DNA of 64,000 bases from assembly GCA_963747235.1 (NCBI GenBank), contig CAVVEU010000040.1, positions 224,001-288,000 of the forward strand, read 5' to 3'. Source of the stretch: an uncultured Candidatus Rokubacteria bacterium (GTDB lineage Bacteria; Methylomirabilota; Methylomirabilia; Rokubacteriales; CSP1-6). Position numbers and translations under genes: made by a program. This document shows, one piece after another, positions 47,948 through 59,158 of this stretch (the stretch's first letter is position 1; each line of letters begins with the position of its first letter). The notes under the pieces are model-generated. The model saw nothing but the letters and a program-made list of their open reading frames with translations. It was not told the origin of the DNA and searched no databases.

Positions 47948-48910
47948 CGATCGCGCCGCGCGAGTACGACTTCGTCGCCGCGCGCGAGCGCCTCGAGGCG
48001 AAGCCCAAGTCCGCCGGACCCAAGCTCGGCTCCCTGGAGGACGCGGTCGCGCGCGTGAAGGACGGCGACCACCTGGCCATCGGCGGCTGCCTCTACTCGC
48101 GCACGCCGCTGGCCCTGGTGTGGGCGCTGCTCCGCCGCCGCCCGACGGGCCTCACCTTCTCGCGCAACCTCATGTGCTACGAGGGCGAGTGGGGCATGGT
48201 CTCGGGCGCGGTGAGCAAGGTCGTCACGTCCTGGATGGGCATCGGGCTGCCGTGGGGCCTCTCGCGCATCCAGCGCGAGTTCGTCGAGGCCGGGCGCGTG
48301 GAGTTCGAGGAGTGGAGCCACCTGGCACTCGGCCTGCGCTATCCGCGCCGCCGCCATGGGCGTGCCCTTCCTGCCCTCGCTCACCATGCTGGGCTCGGAT
48401 CTCATGGGCGTGGGCGGCTCCAAGACGATCGACTGCCCCTACACCGGCGCGAACGCTCCACGCGGTGCCCGCGCTCTTCCCCGACGTGGCGCTGCTCCAC
48501 GTGCAGAAGGCCGATCGCCTCGGCAACTGCCAGATCGACGGCTACCCGCACATGGACGCCGACATCGCCCGCGCCGCCGCCACCGTGCTGGTGACCGCCG
48601 AGGAGATCGTGTCCGAGGACGAGATTCGCCTCCACCCGGACCGGACGGTGCTGCCCGGCTTCCTGGTGGACGCGCTCGCCCACGTGCCCGTACGGCTCCT
48701 ATCCGCACGAGTGCTACGGCGTCTACGACGCCGAGCCCGACCACTTCACGACCTACGTGGACGCGCATCCTCGCGCGCGGCGCCGCCGGCGTGGCCGACT
48801 ATCTCGAGCGCTACGTCTACGCCCCGTCGAGCCACGCGGACTACCTGGCGCTCTTCGGCGAGGCGCGCCGGGCGGACGCCGCGGCCCGGGCCCGGATGCT
48901 GACGCACATG
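47944..48910 (+). CDS. Family I CoA-transferase subunit A (GctA-like), frameshifted
   Basis: VKDGDHLAIGG, RTP.ALV, EEWSH, AMGVPFLP, GSDL, PDVALLHVQKAD..GN, VTAEEIV. Confidence 0.82.
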
Positions 48911-49671
48911 ACGCGTCAGCGCGAACGAGCTGCTCGCGGTGATGGGCGCCCGCGAGCTCCGCAACGACACCACCGTGTTCACCGGCGTCGGCGCGCCCAT
49001 GATGGCCTCGGTGCTGGCCCAGCGCACCCACGCCCCGCGGCTCACCATGATGATCGAGGGCGGCGTCGTCGGGCCCACCTGGAAGCCGGGCGAGCTGCCC
49101 ATCTCCACCAACGAGATGCGCGCGGCCTACCGGGCCCAGATGCTGCCCGGCATCACCGACGCGTTCCTGCTCGCCCAGCGCGGCTTCTTCGACGTGGGCT
49201 TCATCGGCGGCGCCCAGATCGACCGGCACGGCAACCTCAACACCAGCGCCATCGGCGGCTACGCGCGCCCCAAGGTGCGGCTGCCGGGCAGCGGCGGGGC
49301 CAACGACATCATCTCGCTCTGCCGCGAGGTGATGATCCTCACCGTGCACGAGAAGCGCCGCTTCACCGAGCGCGTGGACTTCGTCACGAGCCCGGGCTAT
49401 CTCGAGGGCGGCGACTCACGCCGGCGCGCCGGCCTGCTCTTCGGCGGCGTCTCCCGCGTGGTGACCACGCTCGGCATCTTCGGCTTCCACCCGGAGAGCC
49501 GCCGCATGCGGCTCCTGGCCCTGCACCCCGGCGCGACGGTGGAGCAGGTGCGCGAGCACACCGGCTTCGAGGTCCTCGTGAGCCCGATCGCTCACCACCA
49601 CGAAGCCGCCGACCGACGAGGAGCTGTCGATCCTGCGCATGCTCGACCCCAAGCGGCAGTTCATCGGATGA
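48908..49671 (+). CDS. Family I CoA-transferase subunit B (GctB-like), frameshifted
   Basis: MIEGG, DVGFIGGAQIDRHGNLN, RLPGSGGAND, VDFVTSPG, HPG..V..HTGF, LR.LDP. Confidence 0.85.
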
Positions 49672-49693
49672 GCGCACGATCCATTGCCCGAGG

Positions 49694-49779
49694 CCCCCTC
49701 ACCCTGGCCCTCTCCCCCAAGGGGGAGAGGGGATCTCGATATCTCCCTCTCCCCTGAGGGAGAGGGCAGGGTGAGGGGC
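49694..49779. repeat. Inverted pair of REP/BoxC-like elements (REPIN-like)
   Basis: CCCCCTCACCCTGGCCCTCTCCCCCAAGGGGGAGAGGG ... CCCTCTCCCCTGAGGGGAGAGGGCAGGGTGAGGGG. Confidence 0.85.
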
Positions 49780-49790
49780 GCGGAGACCTC

Positions 49791-50726
49791 ATGACCGACT
49801 TCGGTCTGGCGATTCGCAACTTCGTGGGACCCGGCGAGGTGCCGGACATTCAGGGCGTCTACGCCTACGCGGAGCGGGCCGAGGCGCTCGGCTTCGAGTC
49901 GCTCTGGGCCTGGGACCACGTGCTGCTCGGCGTCGAGCCCTCCTTCCCGATCGTGGACTCGATCACGATGCTGGGCGCGGTCGCGGCGCGGACGCGCACG
50001 ATCAAGCTCGGCACCGGGGTGCTGGTGCTGCCGCTGCGCAACCCGGTGGTGGCGGCCAAGGCTCTCGGCAGCCTCGACGTGATCTCGGGCGGCCGCCTCA
50101 TCCTGGGCGTGGCCGCGGGCTGGTACGCGCGCGAGTTCGACGCGGTCGGCGTGCCCTTCAAGCAGCGCGGCCGGCAGTTCGAGCGCAACCTCGACATCCT
50201 GATGCGCCTCTGGACCCAGGACCGCGTGACCCTGAAGGTGGACGAGTTCAACCTGCGCGAGGCGGTGATGGTCCCCCGCACCGCGCAGCGGCCCCGGCCG
50301 CCCGTGCTCATCGGCGGCTACGTGGACGCGGTGCTCAAGCGGGCGGGCACGGTGGGCGACGGCTGGCTCACCTACTTCTACACGCCGGAGAGCTTCACCA
50401 AGGGATGGGAGAAGGTGAAGGCCTTCGCCCGCGAGGCCGGCCGCGACCCCGCCAAGCTCACCGCCACCAACCAGCTCGCGATCTACGTGGGACGCTCCCG
50501 GGCCGAGACCACCGCGGACATGCGCCAGTGGCTCTCCACCGAGTGGGACACCGCGGCCTGGAGCGAGTCCACGATCGACCACGCCATCCACGGCTCGGTC
50601 CCGGAGTGCATCGAGCAGCTCCGCGCCCACGTGAAAACCGGCGTGCACCGGATTATCCTGATCCCGTACCGCTATCAGCCCGAGCAGGTCGAGCGGATCG
50701 CCAAGGAGGTCTTGCCCAAGCTATGA
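49791..50726 (+). CDS. LLM class flavin/F420-dependent oxidoreductase
   Basis: AEALGFESLWAWDH, LGTGVLVLPLRNP, LDVISGGRLILGVAAGW..EF, PPVLIGG, GDGW. Confidence 0.9.
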   Translation: MTDFGLAIRNFVGPGEVPDIQGVYAYAERAEALGFESLWAWDHVLLGVEPSFPIVDSITMLGAVAARTRTIKLGTGVLVLPLRNPVVAAKALGSLDVISGGRLILGVAAGWYAREFDAVGVPFKQRGRQFERNLDILMRLWTQDRVTLKVDEFNLREAVMVPRTAQRPRPPVLIGGYVDAVLKRAGTVGDGWLTYFYTPESFTKGWEKVKAFAREAGRDPAKLTATNQLAIYVGRSRAETTADMRQWLSTEWDTAAWSESTIDHAIHGSVPECIEQLRAHVKTGVHRIILIPYRYQPEQVERIAKEVLPKL

Positions 50727-51511
50727 GCCAGCCCATCCACATCGACATCAACTGCGACATGGGAGAGAGCTACGGCCGCTGGACGCTCGGTCACGACGAG
50801 GAGGTGATGCCCAACATCACCTCGGCCAATATCGCCTGCGGCTTCCACGGCGGCGACCCGCACGTGATGCGCCGCACCGTGGAGCTGGCCGTCCAGCACG
50901 GCGTCGCGGTGGGGGCGCACCCGGGGCTGCCGGACCTGATGGGCTTCGGCCGGCGCCGCATGGACGTCTCCCCGGCCGAGCTGAAGGACATCCACCGCTA
51001 CCAGATCGGCGCCCTGGCCGCCTTCGCCCAGGCCGCGGGCACCCGGATCCAGCACGTCAAGCCGCACGGCATCCAGTACCACATGTTCGAGGAGAACCTC
51101 CCGCTCGGGCGCGCCACCGCCGAGCAGCTCCTCGAGCTCGATCCCCAGCTCATCCTGATGACCATGGCCATGACGAAGTACGACGCGGAGGCCCGCAAGG
51201 TGAAGGGCGTCCGCATCGCGGCCGAGGGCTTCGCGGACCGCGTCTACGCCGACGACGGCCAGCTCGTCACCCGCAAGCTCGGCAAGGACGCGCTGATCAC
51301 CGATCCGGCCAAGGCCGCCGACCAGGCCGTCCGCATGGCCATGGAGGGCAAGGTGCGCACGATCACCGGCAAGGTCATCGACGCCAGGGTCGAGACCATC
51401 TGCATCCACGGCGACAGCCCGGGCTCGGACAAGATCGTGGCCGCGGTCCGCGAGGGCCTGGTCAAGGCCGGCGCGATCGTGAAGCCGCTCCGGGACTGGC
51501 TGCCGCGCTAG
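50723..51511 (+). CDS. pxpA: LamB/YcsF family protein (5-oxoprolinase subunit A)
   Basis: IDINCDMGESYG, SANIACGFHGGDP, GAHPG.PDL.GFGRR, HVKPHG, EGFADR.Y, TICIHGD. Confidence 0.88.
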   Translation: MSQPIHIDINCDMGESYGRWTLGHDEEVMPNITSANIACGFHGGDPHVMRRTVELAVQHGVAVGAHPGLPDLMGFGRRRMDVSPAELKDIHRYQIGALAAFAQAAGTRIQHVKPHGIQYHMFEENLPLGRATAEQLLELDPQLILMTMAMTKYDAEARKVKGVRIAAEGFADRVYADDGQLVTRKLGKDALITDPAKAADQAVRMAMEGKVRTITGKVIDARVETICIHGDSPGSDKIVAAVREGLVKAGAIVKPLRDWLPR

Positions 51512-51659
51512 CAGTTCCCGACGCAGATCCTGCAGGGCCGGGTCGGACCGTCCGAAATCGGTACACTGTATTCCGATACTCGTCAGTCACCTCCGGCGAC
51601 CCCGCCGGGGAGTGTTCCGTAAGGTACCATCGCAACGTCCCTTTCCCCCCTCCCAGAAA

Positions 51660-51674
51660 TGGCACCGAGTTTGC
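51660..51674 (+). promoter_or_regulatory. Sigma54 (-24/-12) promoter
   Basis: TGGCACCGAGTTTGC matches TGGCAC-N5-TTGC. Upstream palindromes at 51543-51555 and 51557-51577 could be enhancer sites. Confidence 0.7.
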
Positions 51675-51941
51675 CCTAGGGTAAGTCGGCGCAACCATGG
51701 CGGACTACGCGGACGGCAGCAGCGTGAAGGGTGTGAGACACGGCGGATGCCGGCCCGGCGAGATCAAGTCGGGCGCGGGCAGTCGCGGACATCGTCTCTC
51801 GAACCCGCACGGGCCCCGCGGAGCCTTCAGGGAGCGCCACGTCGGCCAGATCGCGCGGGCTCACCGGCTCCCGCATCACCAGCGCGGTCTGGATCGATGA
51901 GCAGTCAGGCGGAAGCCGGGAACGCCATAGGGGAGGAAATC

Positions 51942-52247
51942 ATGTCAACCACCACACTGAGACTGCTGACGGGATCGGGTTACCGGCGCGAGCCGAGCGC
52001 GATGCCTTCGGACTCGCAGATCGCGCATGCCCTGTATGACGCGCAGAGTGCTCAAACCCAGAGAAGCCTCGACGAGATCCTGGCCATGGCTCAGCGGAGC
52101 TCGGGCTGGACGCAGGTCTTCAAGCAGCTCAAGACGGAAGGCCTGATCGAGGAGCAGACGCTGGGTCACGTGGTGGCCCGCTGGACCAATCGCACGATTC
52201 GCACCCGGCGGCCCGCGCTGGCGTCGGTCGAGAACATCTCCGCCTAA
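51942..52247 (+). CDS. Hypothetical protein (101 aa)
   Basis: GGGGAGGA RBS before the ATG; downstream of the sigma54 site. Motif LDEILAM...GWTQVFKQLK.EGLI.EQTLGHVV. Confidence 0.65.
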   Translation: MSTTTLRLLTGSGYRREPSAMPSDSQIAHALYDAQSAQTQRSLDEILAMAQRSSGWTQVFKQLKTEGLIEEQTLGHVVARWTNRTIRTRRPALASVENISA

Positions 52248-52265
52248 GCAGTCCCGCTAAGAGCG

Positions 52266-53285
52266 CTACCGCACGGCCAGGATCAGCTCCAGCCGCGCGG
52301 TAGCGCGTTCCCAGTCGAACTGAGTCCCCACGAAGTCCTGCCCCTGCCGCGCGATCCGCTGTCGTAGCTCCTGATCCTCCACCAGACGGGTGAGCCCCCA
52401 GGCCAGCGCGTCCAGATCGCGCCGCGGCGACACCACCGCGGTGCGGCCGTCGATGGCGTAGTCGCGACAGCCCCCGTTGTCGTAGGTGCAGAGCGCGGCG
52501 CCGCAGGCCATCGCCTCCATCGCGGGCATGCCGAGCCCCTCGTCCCACGACGGGCAGAGGTAGATCGGGCAGCGGCTGTAGAGCCACGCCAGGCGCTCCT
52601 GCGGCAGGTTCTCGTGGAACTCGGCGAACGGCAGCTTGCGCGGCGGCGGCTTCACGCCGAAGCCCACCAGGCTCAGCTCGGGATGGCGCGCCCGCACGCG
52701 GGCGAAGGCCTCGAGACCGTCGGCCACGCCCTTCCAGGGATACTCGTGGAAGAGCATCAGCACGCGAAGGCGCCCGTCCTCCTCGACCGGCACCGGGCGG
52801 AAGAGCGCGCGGTCCACCGGGGTGACCACCACCGCGGCCGGCGTCTCGAAGCGCTCGGCCATGATGTCGGCGAGCCACGTCGAGATCACGATCTTCCGCA
52901 GCGGGACGCGGTAGGTCGCGTCCACCCGCGCCGCCTCGCCGTGGTAGAGGCTCTCGTAGTGCTGGATGAAGTAGAACTTCCGGCCGCAGCGGGTCGGGGC
53001 CGCCGCCACCGGCTCCACCGACTGCCACGAGGTGGCGATCACCGCGTCGCCATCGGGCAGCGCCGCCGCGCTCCACTCCGGCACCCATCGCACCCGGGCC
53101 CCGAGCGTCGGCATCCACTCCGGCGCGCGCTGGAAGCGATTGCGCCACCACGCGGTCAGCGCCCGGCGGGCCGGGACGACCACGGTCACGTCGTGGCCGC
53201 GCCCGGCCAGCCGGTCCGCGTGGGTGAGGATCGCCCGCACCCCGCCCGCGATCCGCAGATGCGGACAGAGGAAGGTGATCTTCAT
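52266..53285 (-). CDS. Glycosyltransferase family 4 protein
   Basis: GGVR, IATSWQS, YFIQHYE, KGV, EGLGMPAMEAMACG, FDWE. Confidence 0.88.
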   Translation of the reverse strand: MKITFLCPHLRIAGGVRAILTHADRLAGRGHDVTVVVPARRALTAWWRNRFQRAPEWMPTLGARVRWVPEWSAAALPDGDAVIATSWQSVEPVAAAPTRCGRKFYFIQHYESLYHGEAARVDATYRVPLRKIVISTWLADIMAERFETPAAVVVTPVDRALFRPVPVEEDGRLRVLMLFHEYPWKGVADGLEAFARVRARHPELSLVGFGVKPPPRKLPFAEFHENLPQERLAWLYSRCPIYLCPSWDEGLGMPAMEAMACGAALCTYDNGGCRDYAIDGRTAVVSPRRDLDALAWGLTRLVEDQELRQRIARQGQDFVGTQFDWERATARLELILAVR

Positions 53286-54949
53286 ATGGCCATGCTGACC
53301 TGGCCGGTGCGCCGGTACGCGGCCGGGTCCAGCACCACGTTGACGCAGTAGACCTCCCCCGAGCCCAGCGCGCGCTCCAGCGCCGGACGGAGCTGGCCGG
53401 GCTCGGTCACGTGGATCCCCTTGCCGCCGAGCGCCTCCACCATGCGCTCGAAGCGGGTGAACGGCAGCGAGGTGCCCACCGCCCGCTCCGCGCCGAAGAA
53501 GGAGAGCTGCGGGTTGCGGATCTGGCCCCAGCCGCCGTCATTGCCGATCACCACCGTCATGGGCAGGCCGAAGCGCACCGCGGTCTCCATCTCCATGCCG
53601 TTGAGCCCGAAGGCCCCGTCGCCCGCGATCAGCAGCACGCGCTGGGACGGCCGCAGCAGCTTGGCCGCGATCGCGAACGACGGGCCCGACGCCGAGGCAG
53701 CCGAAGGGCCCCGGATCGAGCCACTGGCCCGGGCGCGCGAGCGGCACGATCTTGGACGCGCAGCCCACCACGTCGCCGCCGTCGCCCACCACCGTGGTGT
53801 CGGCGTCCACCACCGCGGCGATCTCGTGGCCCAGGCGGTAGTGGCTGATCGGCACGTCGTCCGAGAGCCGCTCGGTCATGAGCCGGGCCTGCGCGTCGGC
53901 CTCCTTCCGCCGCACCGCGGCCTGCCAGGGCTGCGACGCGCGCCGCCAGGTCCGCGCGGCAGCGCGTCGGCGAGCGCCCGCGAGCGTCAGCCCGATGTGG
54001 CTGGCGAGGCCCACCGCCAGCGGGCGGTTGCGCCCCAGCTCGACCGGGTCGCAGTCCACCATGGCCACCTGCACGTGCTCGGCGAAGGACGGCGGGCGGC
54101 CGTAGCCCAGCCGGAAGTCGAGCGGCGTGCCCAGGATCAGCACGAAGTCGGCCTGGCCGAGCGCGAAGCCGCGCGCCTGGGCGAAGGCCTGCGGGTGATC
54201 GTGCGGGAGGCTGCCGCGCCCCGCGCCGTTCATGAACACGGGCACGCCCGCGCGCTCGGCCAGCGCCGCGAGCTCCTTCGCCGCGTCGTCCCAGTAGACG
54301 CCGCTGCCCGCCATGATCACGGGGCGCTCCGCGCGGGCCAGCAGCGCGGCCAGCTCCTGGACGGACTCGGGGTCCGGCGCGGTGGGGCGGCGGTGCGCGT
54401 AGGCGGTCGGGATCGGGGCCAGGCGGTCCTCCACCACGGTCATCAGCAGGTCCACCGGGATCTCGACGAAGACCGGGCCCGGCCGCCCGGTCAGCGCGTG
54501 CCGGATGGCGGTGGTCAGCACCTCCGGGATCTGGCGCGTCTCGCTCACCGTCCACGAGCCCTTGGTGATGGGCCGCAGCAGGTCCACCTGCTCCACCTCC
54601 TGGAGCGAGCCGAGCCCGCGCAGGCCGAGCGGCGCGGCCCCGCCGATCAGGAGCACCGGGCTGCGCGCGGAGTAGGCGTTGGCGATGCCGGTGACCGCGT
54701 CGGTGACGCCCGGCCCCGCCGTCACCACCGCCACGCCGATATTGCGGGTGAGCCGCGCGTAGGCGTCGGCGGCGTGCGCGCAGGCCTGCTCGTGGCGCAT
54801 GTCCACGACCTGGACGCTTCTCGGTGATGCAGCCGTCGTAGATCGGCAGGATGTGGCCGCCGCACAGCGTGAAGATGTGGCCGACGCCCGCCTGCTTGAG
54901 CGTGCGCGCGACGAGGTGCCCCCCATTCAGCTCCGCTCAGATCCGCCAT
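53282..54949 (-). CDS. TPP-binding protein (acetolactate synthase / 2-hydroxyacyl-CoA lyase-like), frameshifted
   Basis: FTLCGGHI, RHEQ..HAADAYAR, TAGPG, GRPGPV, DPGPFGCLGVG, GDGAFG...GNDGGWG. Confidence 0.88.
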
Positions 54950-54951
54950 GC

Positions 54952-55369
54952 TCAGGCCGGCGGCGCGGTCGGGATATGCACGATCTCGAGCTTCACCCGG
55001 TCCGGATCCTCGAAGAACACCGCGTAGTAGCCCGGGCGGTACTCCGGGAACTCGCGCGGGGTCCCGTAGAGCGGGGCGAGCCTGCGCGGGGCCAGGAACT
55101 CGGCCTGGAAGCGATCCACGTCCTCGCGGCGGTCCACGCGGAAGGCCAGGTGGTTGAGGCCGGCCCGCTTGCGGTGAAAGCCCGGCCCGGCGTGGCGCCG
55201 GCGCCGCGGCGCCCACCCAGATGTCGGTCCCACGCCCGGAGAAGCCGGCCATCGCGTCGGTGTCGTACACGGTGCGGTACTCGAGGTACCCGAAGAGCGC
55301 CTTGTAGAACGGCAGCGAGCGCGAGGCGTCCGCCACGTTGATCTGGAGATGGTAGAGCTGCGCCTTCAC
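54952..55369 (-). CDS. VOC/glyoxalase family protein, frameshifted
   Basis: LYHLQINVAD..SLPFY, GLNHLAF, YYAVFFEDPD.VKLE. Confidence 0.85.
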
Positions 55370-56066
55370 CAGAACTTCTCCCACTTGACGCTCTTGCGGT
55401 CCATGCCCTTCCTGACGAGCACGTCGCGCACCTTGTTGATGGTCTCCCCGCCCCCGCACACGTAGACCACGAGCTTGTCCACGCCGTACACGAGGCGCTC
55501 CACCGCCTCCGCGGGCTCGCCCTTCTCGCCGCGCCAGGTCGCGGGCGGCTCGCGCAGCACCGGCAGGTAGGAGAAGCCCGGGTAGCGGCGCGCGAGCGAG
55601 CGGAAGTCGGCGTCGTAGACGAGCCAGCCGGGATTGCGCGCCCAGTAGATCAGCGCGGTGGGCCGCCCGTAGCCCGTCTCGTAGAGGTGGGCCAGGATCG
55701 AGCGGATCGGGACGATCCCGATCTCCTCGGCCACGAAGACGGCGCGGCGCGGGTCGGCGCGGTTGAAGACGAAGCCGCCGGTCGGCCCCTTGAACTGCAC
55801 CGGATCGCCCGGCTTGAGCGCGCGCACCCACTGCGAGCCGATCCCGCCGGGGGCGACGTCGATCGAGAGCGTGAGGCCCTTGCGGGTGGGCGACGAGACC
55901 ATGCTCCACGCGCGCACGATCTTGGGGCCGAAGGGCACCGAGATCCACTGCCCCGCCTCGAAGGTGAACTCCGGCGGGCTCGAGCACGCGGAGGTCCACC
56001 TCCATGATCTCGGGCGTCAGCCGCGCGCACCGCGGTCACTTCCGCCTTGCACTCGCGCGGCTTCAT
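55366..56066 (-). CDS. FAD/NAD-binding oxidoreductase (ferredoxin-NADP reductase-like), frameshifted
   Basis: FEAGQW, RAWSM, GIGSQW, GPTG.F, IGIVPIRS, YVCGG, EKFW. Confidence 0.8.
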
Positions 56067-57009
56067 GCCACCGTCTGCGCGCGCGGGATGACCTCGCTCG
56101 CGATGGTCTCGAGCTGCTCCCGCTCGTCCTCGGGATCGCAGATCGCGTTCATCACGAAGTAGTGGCAGCCGGCGCGCGCGAAGCGCTCCATCTGCTCGGC
56201 GCACTGCTCGGGCGTGCCGATCACCCCGTACTTGCGGGCGAGCGGGCCGAAGTCCTGCGCGTAGCGCCGCGAGAGGATTCGCACCCAGGTCCGCTCGGCG
56301 CTCTCGTAGTCGCGGCCCACCGTGATGAACGTGAGGTGGGCGGCCACGAAGCCGTCCAGGCGGCGCCCCGCCTGCTCCGCGGCCTCGCGGATCTTGGCCA
56401 GGCTCTGGGCATAGCGCTCGGGCTGGACGACATAGGACACCCAGCCGTCGCCCTGACGCCCGGCCCGCTTCAGCGCGGCGTCCGAGCGGCCCCCGACCCA
56501 GATCGGCGGCCCGGCCGCTGCACCGGCTTGGGATCGATGCTCACGCCCTCGAACTCGGTGAAGCGCCCCTTGAACGAGGCCGGCGTGTCCCGCCAGAGCG
56601 CCCGCACCACGTCGATGCCCTCGGTGACCCGGGCCCCGCGCTCGGTGTGGGGAATCCCGCAGGCCTCGAACTCCTTCGGATTCTCGCCGCCCACCCCCAC
56701 CCCGAAGATGAGCCGGCCGCCGGAGAGCGCGTCGAGCGTGGAGGTGATCTTGGCGACCACCGTCGGCTGGCGCAGGGCGAGCAGGTACACGCCACTGCCC
56801 AGCTTGATGCGCGTGGTGATCCCGGCGTAGGAGGCCAGGAGCGTCAGCGACTCGTAGATCGGACCGTGGAAGGAGACGTGGTCGCCCGTCCACAGCGAGT
56901 CGAGCCCCAGCTCCTCGCAGCGCCGGGCGAGCGCGAACTGCTCCTCCGGCGGATGGAGCGCGAGAAATGCGCCGAACCGCACCTTAGCGGGGGAAGGCAT
57001 CCTTGACAC
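56063..57009 (-). CDS. LLM class flavin-dependent oxidoreductase, frameshifted
   Basis: GLDSLWTGDH, LGSGVYLLALR, LDALSGGRLIFGVGVGGE.PKEF, PIWVGGRS, GDGW. Confidence 0.88.
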
Positions 57010-59048
57010 CGCCGTCCACCGTGATCGTGCAGCCCGTGGTCTTGGCCGAGCGGTCCGAGGCCAGGAAGAGCACCGCCTCCGCGACGTCCTCCGGCAGGAT
57101 CGGCCGGGCGAGGATGTTGCGCTTGCGGTAGAAGTCCTCGAGGTCGTCCACCGAGATGCCCTGCGCCCGCGCCCGCTCGCGCCGCACGTCCTCCGACCAG
57201 AGCTTGGAGTCGCGGAAGACGGCGTCCGGGTTCACGATGTTGGACCGGATGCCGTGGGGCCCGCCCTCGAGCGCCAGCACCTTGGCGAGCTGCGCCTCCG
57301 CGGCCTTGGACGCGGAGTAGGCCGAGAAGTCCTTGCCGGGCGACATCACGTTCTTGGTCGCCACGAAGACGAACGCGCCGCCCAGCCCCTGGGCCTTGAG
57401 CACCCGCATGCCTTCGCGCGCCACCAGGAAGTGCCCGGTGGAGTTCACCGCGAAGGAGCGCTCCCAGTCGGCGAGCTCCATCCGGTCCACCGGCGAGGAG
57501 TGCGCGGTGCCCGCGTTGGAGACCACGATGTCCACGCCGCCGTAGGTCAGCACCGCGGTCTCGAAGGCGGCGCGCACCGAGGCCTCGCTGGTCACGTCCA
57601 TGCCGAGCCCCACCGCCCGGCCCGCGCCCACGGCGCGCCACGATCTCCTCGGACGCCTTGCGCGCGCCCGCGGCGTCCAGGTCGGTCACCACCACGTGCG
57701 CGCCCTCGGCGGCCAGCCGCTGGGCCGCCGCGCGCCCGATGCCGCTGGCGCCCCCGGTGACCAGCGCGATGCGCCGGGCCAGCTCCTTCTCGGGCGGGGC
57801 CAGCGAGAGCTTGTAGAGCTCGAGCGGCCAGTACTCGACGTCGAAGGCGTCCTTGGCGGTCAGCGAGACGTAGCTCCCGAAGGACGTGGCCGCGCCCAGG
57901 ACCGAGATCGTGTGGTGGTAGATGTCGTCCACGATGCCGGCGGTGCGCCGGTCCTTGCCGGTGGCGAAGAGGCCGAGCCCGCCCACCACGACGACCCGGG
58001 GGAACGGGATCCGTCAGCTCGGCGCCCGCCGTGTTGTGGGCCTCGAAGTAGGCGGTGTAGTCGGCCACGAAGCGCTCGACCGCCTTCGTGACGCCGGCGC
58101 GGACCGACTCCGGATCCGCCGGGTTCTCGACCGGGGCGAAGCACGGCAGCCGCTTGGTGAAGATCGTGTGGTCCGGCGTGGCGGGCCCGATTTGACAGAG
58201 GGCCTCGGCCTCGCGCGAGCCCGCGAACTCCAGCACGTCCGGCGCGTCGTCGAAGAACAGCACCTGGCGCCGGTCGCGCCCGACCAGCCCGCGCAGGTGC
58301 GGCGCCACCGCGAGGGCCACGCGCCGCCGCTCCTCCGGCGGGCGGGCTCGCGAGCGCGACGCCGCCGAAGCGCGCGCGCCCCCGGGCGCGATGGGCGATC
58401 GCCTCCTCGGCGCGGCTGATCAGCTCGATCGTGGCGAGGTAGGCCTCCTTCACGGTGGCCCCCCAGCAGATCGTCCCGTGCTTCTCGAGCAGCAGCGCGC
58501 GCGCCTTCGGATGCGCCTCGAAGGTCTGCGCGACTTCCCGCGAGATGAGGAACCCGGGGCGCCGGTACGAGAGCGGGATGACGTCGTCTCCGTAGACCTC
58601 GCGGAGCACGTCACGGCTGCGGTGGTTGTTGGTGAGCGACACCACCGCGTCGGCGTGGGTGTGGATCACCGCCGTCGCGGGCAGGAAGCCGTGCAGCAGG
58701 GTCTCGATGGACGGGCGCGGGCTCGCGGGCTCCTGGAGCGCGTGGGCGAGATAGTCCACCATCTCCTGGTCGCCCATGTCCTGCCGCTCGAGGAGCGCCA
58801 GCACGTCGTCCATGCGCACGCCGGGGAAGTCCTTCGTCGGCGATGCTCTTGAGATCGGAGCCGCTGCCCTTCACGCGCAGCACGCGCGTCGGCCGGTTGC
58901 GGTGATCCCGCTCGTCCCGCTTCACGGACGTGTTGCCGCCGCCCCACACCACCAGCGTGGTCTCGGCGCCGATCAGGCGAGAGGCGTAGACGAGGAGATC
59001 GAGATCGTTCTTGCCCTGCGCGTCCGCGTCGCTCCATCGGGAGTTCAT
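56984..59048 (-). CDS. Bifunctional rhamnulose-1-phosphate aldolase/short-chain dehydrogenase (RhaEW/YuxG-like), frameshifted
   Basis: YASRLIG..GGGNTSVK, VKGSGSDL, PSIETLLH, HTHAD, TPDH, FDVEYWPLE.YKL, TGGASGIG, YSASKAA, VNPDAV, VDGG. Confidence 0.9.
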
Positions 59049-59053
59049 GGCGC

Positions 59054-59152
59054 CATCACCATACCCGAATCTTCCCGCCAAATCACCTGGCCCGAATCAC
59101 CTGGCCCAATTCACCTGTCAACATTGACACCTCCGCGCGCGGCTCCTATCGT
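59054..59152. promoter_or_regulatory. Divergent promoter region with 14-bp direct repeats
   Basis: AATCACCTGGCCC at 59081 and 59095, ATTCACCTGTCA at 59109, palindrome TGTCAA-CA-TTGACA, and TTGACA-N17-TATCGT ending 6 bp before the GTG at 59159. Confidence 0.6.
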
Positions 59153-59158
59153 AGGCGC

